From Deltaproteobacteria bacterium (GTDB lineage: Bacteria; UBA10199; 2-02-FULL-50-16; JAJFLM01), in assembly GCA_021772655.1 (NCBI GenBank), contig JAJFLM010000057.1:1-45091 (forward strand): a stretch of 45,091 nt of DNA, written 5' to 3'. The translations under genes and the position numbers were made by a program. This document shows positions 36,503 to 42,746 of this stretch, one piece after another. The notes beneath the pieces are model-generated. The model saw nothing but the letters and a program-made list of their open reading frames with translations. It was not told the DNA's origin and made no database searches. Every line of letters begins with the position of its first letter. Position 1 is the first letter of the stretch.

Positions 36503-37690
36503 TCAGGTTTCAATTAAAGGAGAATATTTTTCGGGATTTTCGTTAAACGTCCAGGCGACCGCCTCTCTTGCCGTTTGAATATCTGGCGGAACCCGTAAAA
36601 AATAATTTGCGAATGCTTTTGGGTTTTCCTTTAAAGCAATCTGTTTTTCATGAACAGTCATTCCCTTACCTAAACCCTCATATTTAGGCGTACTGTCGAT
36701 CACCTTAACCATCACCAAAGGCTCATCATTTGCAATGTCCTTGCGGTACAATTCCCCAAATTTATCAGACTGAATTTTCTTCGCGCCCGACTGGATCAAA
36801 TATTTATCCCAACCAAAACGATCCAACATTACACGCTTAATTTCAGTGTTATTTTCAGAGTCAATATTTTTACAACTAATTTCATTAGGCTCCTCAATGA
36901 TCCAAGCTGGAACCCTAACCCCATGAACGGCATAGATAGCCCATCCGTCAGGGTAAGCAACGGCGGGGCCACTTAAATTATGGATACGGCCTTCCTCGTC
37001 ACGCTCAAGAATATTATGCCGTTCAGAAACCCAGCATATATTTTCATGTGGCAACCACCACCCTGCATTTTTTGCCTGTAACCAAAATCCTGATAATTTC
37101 TCAGTTTCATTTTTTAACAAACACACCTCGTTAAAATATTCGTAAAAGGCTAACCAACTAGCATCGTGCTGACCATAATTTGAATTACTGACGCTGGCCC
37201 CCACGCTGGCCCTCACGCTGTCCCACACGCTGGACCACCTCACGCTGTCCCACACACTGTCCCACACGCTGTCCCTCACGATGGAGTCCACGCTGGCCCC
37301 CACGCTGGCCCCCACGCTGTCCCACACGCTGGACCTCACGCTGGCCCCCACGCTGGCCCCCACGCTGGCCCCCACGCTGGAGTCCACGCTGGCCCACACG
37401 CTGGCCCACACGCTGGACCTCACGCTGGACCTCACGCTGGACTTCACGTTGTCTTTAATTAATTTTTTGTCGGAAATAATTGCCCTGGTCAAGCATTGCG
37501 AATAAGGAGAACCGCACCAAACGATTTTATTTGGAGGTTTTAGTCCAACTCTTTTATAAGCCTCAATAATTCCCAGCTCTGCCTCTTTTCGGTTTGCTGG
37601 CGCAGTGGACAATCCGATATCCGTCCATTTTTTTACAAATTCGGGGAACCGATCTCGCTGTGCTTGCGTTAACGATTTTATTTTGGCCAT
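36503..37690 (-). CDS. tetrapeptide-repeat protein (xSVx)n with conserved-looking N- and C-terminal domains
   Basis: 395 aa. The central ~88 residues are SVRSSVWASVWASVDSSVGASVGASV... The flanking regions look globular (W/H/Y-rich C-terminal domain). Confidence 0.6.
   Translation of the reverse strand: MAKIKSLTQAQRDRFPEFVKKWTDIGLSTAPANRKEAELGIIEAYKRVGLKPPNKIVWCGSPYSQCLTRAIISDKKLIKDNVKSSVRSSVRSSVWASVWASVDSSVGASVGASVGASVRSSVWDSVGASVGASVDSIVRDSVWDSVWDSVRWSSVWDSVRASVGASVSNSNYGQHDASWLAFYEYFNEVCLLKNETEKLSGFWLQAKNAGWWLPHENICWVSERHNILERDEEGRIHNLSGPAVAYPDGWAIYAVHGVRVPAWIIEEPNEISCKNIDSENNTEIKRVMLDRFGWDKYLIQSGAKKIQSDKFGELYRKDIANDEPLVMVKVIDSTPKYEGLGKGMTVHEKQIALKENPKAFANYFLRVPPDIQTAREAVAWTFNENPEKYSPLIET
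37188..37452 (-). repeat. about 22 tandem copies of a 12-nt unit (plus-strand consensus cacgctggcccc)
   Basis: Read directly. One 15-nt irregular unit is present. All frames on both strands are open across the array. Confidence 0.9.
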
Positions 37691-38001
37691 TAGTCCACCA
37701 CCTTTCTTATCCGCTCAGGGCTGTACTCTCGTTGCTGTATAACCTCGTAGAACCCTGGCTCAAGAGCAATACTGTCATGCTCTTCATGATCCAACGTCAA
37801 AGGCTTTACTATTTCTAAAAAACGCTGGTTCTCTGTTTCGGTCAATATAGCCCCTTCGTCATAAATAGCATGTGCATGACCAGTGACTTCCCCGTATGCC
37901 AAGACAATACGATTCTCTTTACTAGATTTAGTTTTTTTGCCGTTATACTCACCACCATCAATCTTTTTAAGTAATACATCACCTTGCCTGTATAATTTCA
38001 T
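37690..38001 (-). CDS. hypothetical protein
   Basis: 103 aa (YRQGDVLL ... LAYGEVTGHAHA). ATGA-type junction with the downstream gene. Confidence 0.5.
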   Translation of the reverse strand: MKLYRQGDVLLKKIDGGEYNGKKTKSSKENRIVLAYGEVTGHAHAIYDEGAILTETENQRFLEIVKPLTLDHEEHDSIALEPGFYEVIQQREYSPERIRKVVD

Positions 38002-38046
38002 CTGATTATTCCTCCTGATTGATAAGTCCCTGTTATTAAGAGGTTC

Positions 38047-38238
38047 CTATAGTTTAAAACCTTTGATTTCCTTGGCGAGTAAACTTCTTATTAGGCTTGG
38101 TATACTAATAGTGCAGCCTATTGGTAATTTTGCCCTTTTCTCCTTCATGTATTCCTCAACTGCAGACTTGTTTTGTTTACTCACATAGACAGTATAATAC
38201 CCACCTCCATGTTCCTTGTTATCTTTAGTTTTCTTCAT
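38047..38238 (-). CDS. hypothetical small basic protein
   Basis: 63-aa ORF with SD AGGGAAGAGAT before the ATG. Confidence 0.45.
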   Translation of the reverse strand: MKKTKDNKEHGGGYYTVYVSKQNKSAVEEYMKEKRAKLPIGCTISIPSLIRSLLAKEIKGFKL

Positions 38239-38250
38239 ATCTCTTCCCTA

Positions 38251-38274
38251 AGTTAAAGTTAAAGTTAAAGTTAA
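38251..38274. repeat. hexamer tandem repeat (agttaa x4)
   Basis: Read directly. It lies immediately upstream (minus-strand sense) of the SD of the 38238 gene. Confidence 0.9.
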
Positions 38275-38394
38275 TATCAAAACCCCACCCCCGGCCTGTT
38301 AATCTTCTCCAAATCACCAATGAATTGTAGTTTCCCTGATCGTCAGATCACTCCTTTCGGTTGAGTATGAATAATACCGAGGGTGGAGATTCTG

Positions 38395-38721
38395 CTATTC
38401 GCCTGTGCACTTATGCTCACTATATTCATCAACTTTGCTACGAACCATCTCCTTTTCACCACAAATATCGCAAGTTGGGTTTTCCAACTCATCCTCTATC
38501 TGCCTCTGTAACGCTCTCAGATCGTCTACAAGCTCTCCAAGTTCACAGTTGGCTTCCTCTATGGCATTTATGGAAATAGCCAAGGAATCGGCCTCACAGG
38601 GCTTCTGGTGTGAGATTGTCAGGTATTCGATGTTATTGACATGCTTGTTGATGGTTCTGATAAGCGTTGTCACGCTGGAAGTTTTGGTCGTCAGTGCTTC
38701 TAAAAGGCTGTCGAGGCTCAT
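38395..38721 (-). CDS. hypothetical protein
   Basis: The track ORF extends to 38829, but ATG at 38721 (MSLDSLLEAL...) follows AGGA and begins the protein-like part. C-terminal CDICG...HKC. Confidence 0.45.
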   Translation of the reverse strand: MSLDSLLEALTTKTSSVTTLIRTINKHVNNIEYLTISHQKPCEADSLAISINAIEEANCELGELVDDLRALQRQIEDELENPTCDICGEKEMVRSKVDEYSEHKCTGE

Positions 38722-38848
38722 GATTTTGAGTCCTATGTTTAGTTGTAAAGACTCCCAAGCCAAGGGAAAGGGGAGGAAACCATTGGCCTGGGAGCCGCCG
38801 ATTGCCCCGGTGGAGGAATGCCGGGACATGATTTGGTAATTTAAAGGT

Positions 38849-38878
38849 GGAGCCGAGGGCTAGCCTGCCCCCGACTCC
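38849..38878 (-). terminator. GC-rich hairpin downstream of the tRNA genes (terminator or processing signal)
   Basis: Minus strand GGAGTCGGGGGC-AGGCTA-GCCCTCGGCTCC forms a 12-bp stem (two G-U). It starts 20 nt after the tRNA-Ile 3' end. No clear U-tract. Confidence 0.4.
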
Positions 38879-38897
38879 GGATGGAACCCCAAGTTCC

Positions 38898-38970
38898 ACG
38901 TCTAAGCAGGAATTGAACCTGCGACAAACGGTTTATCAATCCGTTGCTCTAACCTCTGAGCTATTAGACA
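38898..38970 (-). tRNA. tRNA-Ile (anticodon GAU)
   Basis: Hand-folded cloverleaf: TGTCTAA-TA-GCTC-AGAGGTTA-GAGC-A-ACGGA-TTGATAA-ACCGT-TTGTC-GCAGG-TTCAATT-CCTGC-TTAGACG-T. U33, A37 and GG/TTC elements are present. There is a U1-G72 pair and an A31-A39 mismatch. CCA is not encoded. Confidence 0.75.
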
Positions 38971-39024
38971 ATGAGGTTGGTATTATTCAGAATTTTCATT
39001 ACCAGCAAATTGAGTTTGATATTT

Positions 39025-39127
39025 ACCAATGCTCTACCTCTGAGCTACTGCCCCATCATAAACCATCGACTTATCAATAGCTTATGGCGAGGCAGGTGGG
39101 ACTCGAACCCACGACCTTTGGTTAAAT
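39025..39127 (-). ncRNA. circularly permuted / split tRNA-like gene (3' half with CCA upstream of the matching 5' half)
   Basis: Minus strand 39122..39085 reads ACCAA-AGGTC-GTGGG-TTCGAGT-CCCAC-CTGCCTC-G-CCA. A 30-nt spacer follows. 39054..39025 reads GGGGCAG-TA-GCTC-AGAGGTA-GAGC-A-TTGGT. The acceptor pairs 7/7 (one G-U) and the anticodon-stem strands pair 5/5. Neither half has a partner in normal order. Confidence 0.55.
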
Positions 39128-39215
39128 TACCCTGGAATTACTTATCTGATTTCCAATATAAACTTATGGGTTAAGACAGCAAATACTACTGTTGACACGG
39201 ACAACAACACTAAGT

Positions 39216-39962
39216 TTAACCCATCAAATACTCCGTGATTTCCTTCCCAATAGATGCGTCTACTGCATCAATATTATTGGCTCGCATCCTGGCTTTTTTG
39301 ACCGCTCTGGATAGCTTATCCAAACGTGATAAAATTGCCATTTTCTCAGCCGGATGAATCATCCCGCACCATTTAGTAGTGATAAATCTACCTACATTCA
39401 TATCCTCATTCCACTTTTCCACTTGTGCAGGATGTTTATCTGTCGGTTGAACTAAAATTTTATGCTGGATCTGTTTTTTAGTGCGGTATTTTATTTCATC
39501 ATGCGTTGCTTTCCATGCGTATTCTTTATAATCAAATGCTGTTTCCCAAGCTGTTTGTGGATTAAGCGTTGGGATCATAGATAATCCTTCTTTCCATAAT
39601 TTTAATTTATTTTCTAAAGCCAGTAAAAAACAAACTGGAACATCTTTCGCTATCACAGTCCCATCAATTTCAATGTCACCTTTGGCTATTTGATTTGTTT
39701 TTTCCTTTTTCAACACATTGTCGAGGTAAGCTTCCGCAGAATTCAAAGTATATTTTAAACGCTCAGGAACTGTAGTTGCCATTTCCAAAAATTCGTCAGG
39801 GAATTCATTTTCACCTGTTTCCATAAATGACTCATAAGTCTTTTTTGCGCCTATAAATAAATTGTGTTTCTCTTTAAAGTTAATCTTTGTTTCCTGCCAA
39901 ATGCGCGTATATGCGCCTTCTAATTCTCCTTCAACTGCTAATATTTCATGTAATTTAGGCAT
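39216..39962 (-). CDS. hypothetical early protein
   Basis: 248-aa ORF, first gene downstream of the leftward promoter at 40020..40048. Family not recognised. Confidence 0.55.
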   Translation of the reverse strand: MPKLHEILAVEGELEGAYTRIWQETKINFKEKHNLFIGAKKTYESFMETGENEFPDEFLEMATTVPERLKYTLNSAEAYLDNVLKKEKTNQIAKGDIEIDGTVIAKDVPVCFLLALENKLKLWKEGLSMIPTLNPQTAWETAFDYKEYAWKATHDEIKYRTKKQIQHKILVQPTDKHPAQVEKWNEDMNVGRFITTKWCGMIHPAEKMAILSRLDKLSRAVKKARMRANNIDAVDASIGKEITEYLMG

Positions 39963-40000
39963 GGGCTGTCTCTCTTTAAATAAAACGGTTTAAGATAAAT

Positions 40001-40029
40001 TTGACACATTCTTAATATTATCTTACTAT
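40001..40029 (+). promoter_or_regulatory. sigma70-like promoter (rightward) for the HTH gene
   Basis: TTGACA (40001..40006), 17 nt, TACTAT (40024..40029). Confidence 0.5.
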
Positions 40030-40048
40030 GAGAATTGCGAATTGTCAA
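40020..40048 (-). promoter_or_regulatory. sigma70-like promoter (leftward) for the 39962 operon
   Basis: Minus strand TTGACA (40048..40043), 17 nt, TAAGAT (40025..40020). Its -10 overlaps the -10 of the rightward promoter. Confidence 0.5.
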
Positions 40049-40063
40049 TATAAATTACAGCGA

Positions 40064-40315
40064 ATGGTGAATATGGAATACACAGCAATGCGGATCGCCA
40101 AGTCCTGCCAGTCGGAAGCTGAACGCGAGTGGACACGACTGGTCAGCAAGCACGGAATCAGCGATATTTACAAGGCTATTGTCAAACATGGCTATGCTAA
40201 TAGCCGGGAATCCCTGTATCAGTGGAAACGTGTGCCTCTGAAGCATCTAGTGCTAGTATCTCAGGCCATGCGCGTTCCAGTTCCGTCCCTATTACCGGAA
40301 GCTGGTGTTGAATGA
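40064..40315 (+). CDS. Cro/CI-type helix-turn-helix regulator (putative)
   Basis: Small basic ORF, the only plus-strand gene in this region, divergent from the 39962 operon. The segment ISDIYKAIVKHGYANSRESLYQWKRVP resembles YdaS/Cro-like HTH proteins. The track start 40028 lies inside the promoter, so ATG 40064 or 40073 is preferred. Confidence 0.5.
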   Translation: MVNMEYTAMRIAKSCQSEAEREWTRLVSKHGISDIYKAIVKHGYANSRESLYQWKRVPLKHLVLVSQAMRVPVPSLLPEAGVE

Positions 40316-40374
40316 CGGTCAATTGACCATGTTTGTCATAGGTGCGGATCTCGGCACAGCTTGTTAAGATTGGT

Positions 40375-40632
40375 TTAGGTTGCAAGATTGGCATGGTCCA
40401 CCTCCTCGAATTTTATTCTAATGGTTTTATCACGATAACATACAATTGCTCCGTCCATGTTGGCATTACACAAAAACGCCCCCCGCAAGTCCGCTCCCTC
40501 CAAGTTCGCTCCCCGCAAGTCCGCTTCCCACAAGTCCGCTTCCCGCAAGTTCGCTCGCCGCAAGTCCGCTCCCTGCAAGTCAGCTCCCCGCAAGTCAGCC
40601 TCTGGCCCTATCAAATAACCGTTGATTTTCAT
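40375..40632 (-). CDS. pentapeptide-repeat protein
   Basis: 85 aa. About nine consecutive A(D/N)LxG/E-type pentapeptides ([43 protein letters not shown]). SD GGAGGCAAGTA before the ATG. Confidence 0.75.
   Translation of the reverse strand: MKINGYLIGPEADLRGADLQGADLRRANLREADLWEADLRGANLEGADLRGAFLCNANMDGAIVCYRDKTIRIKFEEVDHANLAT
40484..40600 (-). repeat. about 8 tandem copies of a 15-nt unit (plus strand cgcaagtccgctccc) encoding the pentapeptide repeats
   Basis: Read directly. Confidence 0.85.
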
Positions 40633-40836
40633 TACTTGCCTCCATAAGCTAAAATAAACCCGATAATCAATGCGTACACACAGCCCAAGGTAAGGATCGC
40701 TCCTATAGTTTCTTTTATCATTGTCTTAATCTCCCTTTTAATAACGATGATCGCAAGCACACAACACCGCACATACAAACAGAACCATGAGCCATGCGAG
40801 TATGAAGTTAGCCAACCTTTGGTATCCTCTTTTTAA

Positions 40837-41148
40837 TTAATATTCTTCATACCTAACCAAGTGTTTTTGATAAGGCTTTCTTTGTTGATCGAAAATAAAT
40901 TGATACAAACGGTAGGTAGCTTCAAACAGCATATCCATTCCGCAACCATTGATCCTGACTTCCCCATTCTTGATTGAATCACCATAGACACGTGCAAACG
41001 CTGTATTGTCCAAGGTAACAATCTTACCCTTATGCACAACCGCAAGTGAGATAGTGCGGCTCATTCCCGACTTGGACACATGGTTAACTCTTGCATAAAT
41101 CTGGCCCTTACCACCCACTGCATTCTTGACCGTTGACAGTAAATCCAA
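40837..41148 (-). CDS. hypothetical protein
   Basis: 103-aa ORF with TTG start in the track. True start uncertain. Confidence 0.4.
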   Translation of the reverse strand: MDLLSTVKNAVGGKGQIYARVNHVSKSGMSRTISLAVVHKGKIVTLDNTAFARVYGDSIKNGEVRINGCGMDMLFEATYRLYQFIFDQQRKPYQKHLVRYEEY

Positions 41149-41256
41149 TGCCCTTTCATATTGCCAGTCATGGTCAACACAGACTTCTTTCAGCCGTTCT
41201 TTGATTGGTTTTCTTCTTTTTCTATTCTTGTCCGCTGTTTTATCCCCAGGTTTAAG

Positions 41257-41502
41257 TTAAATCATCGATAATGGTATAGGTTTATCTTCACAATGCTTCC
41301 GCTCAAACTCTGAAATAATTGCATTAACAGCTTGTTTTTTAGTTTTAAAGTAGCCAAGATTAATTGGACCACGTTCGGCTAAATAAACCTTATTTGCACC
41401 GATAATAAAGCCTATGCGCCGTGTTCTTTGAGGTAAAATATCGCTGGAATAATAAACTTCATAACGACCTGTTGCCTGTGTTTCTATTTTATAATTTTTC
41501 AT
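41257..41502 (-). CDS. hypothetical protein
   Basis: 81-aa ORF with SD AAAGGGGAATAGTT before the ATG. Confidence 0.45.
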   Translation of the reverse strand: MKNYKIETQATGRYEVYYSSDILPQRTRRIGFIIGANKVYLAERGPINLGYFKTKKQAVNAIISEFERKHCEDKPIPLSMI

Positions 41503-41504
41503 AA

Positions 41505-41642
41505 CTATTCCCCTTTAATAAAAGTGTAGTGATACCGGCCTTGCACACTGGCCCTGGACAGAACCCGCCACCCAAACGCCTCCATAGATCCAATGAGGGC
41601 ATAGCGTTCATGCCAGAGACAGGTGCGGTTAATGGTTTTCAT
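41505..41642 (-). CDS. small ORF (45 aa)
   Basis: Read by hand. Its ATG overlaps the upstream stop (ATGA) and its stop lies 2 nt before the next ATG. Confidence 0.3.
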   Translation of the reverse strand: MKTINRTCLWHERYALIGSMEAFGWRVLSRASVQGRYHYTFIKGE

Positions 41643-41800
41643 GTCAAATATTTATCAGCAAACCATTTCGTTTCCCGATATATAATTTCATCGTCATCAG
41701 TTTTCAGCGTTTTCAGATATGCCTCTAAGAGTTCATTATACTTGTCCAGCTCTGCTTGAGTGTAACCAGTAGTGTTTTCTAAAGTTGCTTTGTGCATCAT
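41639..41800 (-). CDS. small acidic ORF (53 aa)
   Basis: Read by hand. SD GGGGGAT before ATGATG. The sequence is protein-like (MMHKATLENTTGYTQAELDKYNELLEAYLK...). Confidence 0.4.
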   Translation of the reverse strand: MMHKATLENTTGYTQAELDKYNELLEAYLKTLKTDDDEIIYRETKWFADKYLT

Positions 41801-41816
41801 ATCCCCCTTGTGAGAA

Positions 41817-41954
41817 TTAATTGATTAATAAACTTCCGCCAGAATAATAATAAGCATCGTTATACGTTTTAAACACGGCCAAAATTGTCAATTCTTTCCC
41901 CTGGGTAAAGCATACTTGGTATCCACCGTTTATTTTTCTTATAAATTTCATCAT
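41817..41954 (-). CDS. small ORF (45 aa), first gene of the leftward early operon
   Basis: Read by hand. SD GGGGGA before ATGATG. It lies about 30 nt downstream of the promoter at 41987..42015. Confidence 0.35.
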   Translation of the reverse strand: MMKFIRKINGGYQVCFTQGKELTILAVFKTYNDAYYYSGGSLLIN

Positions 41955-41986
41955 TCCCCCTTGTGGTTGGATTATTATCTTTCTCT

Positions 41987-42015
41987 AATATAATGTTACA
42001 GCCCCAGTATGTCAA
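41987..42015 (-). promoter_or_regulatory. sigma70-like early leftward promoter
   Basis: Minus strand TTGACA (42015..42010), 17 nt, TATATT (41992..41987). A T8A7 tract lies immediately upstream and could act as an UP element. Confidence 0.55.
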
Positions 42016-42717
42016 GCTTTTTTTTAAAAAAACTTACAGAAAGTTTGTAAGTCCTTATAAATAAAGGCTGATGCCGCTGATGTACGTCTGTAGGCCGCCT
42101 GATGTACGTCGTCGCCCTATATGTGTCTATAAACCTTTAAACGTAAGAGTTTACAGACTCTGTAGGCCATGTAGGCCATCAGTTTGAAATTTCTCCCCCC
42201 TTATTAGCAAAGTAATCACTTACTAAACTTGCCTAAATGACGGCCTTCACTACCTTCACTGTGCCTAATAGAGGGGGGAGGGGATTGTTTCCGTGGGTCT
42301 TACTGGGGTTTTTTGTTTGCTGTGTTAACTACCTTCATGACGGCCTACAGACGCACATCATGGCCTTCACTCCACTGACAATTTTTGTCACCAATGATAT
42401 TTTGTATACACTTTTCTATCGTCACTTAACAATTTTCATACACTCACTGACAATTTTTGTCATGATAAAGAGATTGAGAATCATCATCAAATTAGCTTTG
42501 TCTCAAAATGGGATTTTCTTAAGGTTTTACTTTAAGTAGGTGGCTAAAATTAGCCGGTTGCCGATGTCGCCTGGTTAGGCGCATATAAAACAAGGGGGGA
42601 GTGGGGCCGGGAATGGTTTTTGGTACCATCGGGACGGTGGTTGTGGGGCCCCACGTCCATCTCGCCTGGCCTCCCATCACATTTCCTTAGATATACAGTA
42701 ACAACAGAAGTTAATTA
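42016..42717. promoter_or_regulatory. ~700-bp non-coding control region with iteron-like repeats (candidate origin and/or pac region)
   Basis: It lies between divergent promoters. It holds several direct and inverted repeat families and a GC-rich block. Details are in the findings. Confidence 0.45.
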
Positions 42718-42746
42718 TTGACATAATTATCGAGATTACTTATTCT
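42718..42746 (+). promoter_or_regulatory. sigma70-like rightward promoter before the small terminase gene
   Basis: TTGACA (42718..42723), 17 nt, TATTCT (42741..42746). The ATG at 42753 would lie at or near the transcription start, so the mRNA may be leaderless. Confidence 0.35.

Noticed and set aside
37188-37452. Possible CRISPR array (also considered for 40484..40600)
   Set aside because: The units are 12 and 15 nt, directly abutting with no spacers, and lie in frame inside protein-coding genes. There are no cas genes. They are coding tandem repeats.
37185-37505. ORFs 37185..37409 (-) and 37281..37505 (+), made of GQRG or TLAP repeats
   Set aside because: They exist only because the 12-nt tandem array is open in every frame. 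The frame continuous with globular flanking domains (36503..37690) is the credible one.
38405-38839. Plus-strand 144-aa ORF mirroring the minus-strand ORF 38395..38829, and the N-terminal extension 38722..38829 of the latter
   Set aside because: The plus ORF has no SD and low-complexity S/L composition. The minus-strand extension is G/P/S-rich and precedes an ATG with an AGGA SD at 38721, so I shortened the minus gene and dropped the plus ORF.
38975-39054. Attempt to fold 39054..38975 as an ordinary colinear tRNA, possibly with an intron
   Set aside because: After the D-arm and TTGGT there is a distal ACCAA (about 38977..38981), but no T-arm (no GG-TTCRA-CC) and no acceptor 3' strand CTGCCCC. 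The only complementary acceptor and T-arm lie upstream at 39085..39122.
39085-39122. The 3' tRNA half as a simple attP core for integration into a host tRNA gene
   Set aside because: No integrase or excisionase was recognised anywhere in the window. An attP model also does not explain the perfectly complementary 5' half 30 nt away. It is kept as an alternative in the finding rather than as the main call.
40342-40647. Plus-strand 101-aa ORF (QVRSPQVRS repeats)
   Set aside because: It is antisense to the pentapeptide-repeat gene and is a by-product of the 15-nt repeat. The minus-strand frame has a strong SD and a canonical pentapeptide pattern.
41529-41759. Plus-strand 76-aa ORF
   Set aside because: The same interval is better explained by two minus-strand micro-ORFs with SDs and ATGA coupling to their neighbours.
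42237-42539. 100-aa hydrophobic plus-strand ORF in the control region
   Set aside because: It has no SD. Its apparent internal repeats (MTAFT / MAFTPLTIF) simply reflect the DNA iterons. Treated as non-coding, but flagged for testing.
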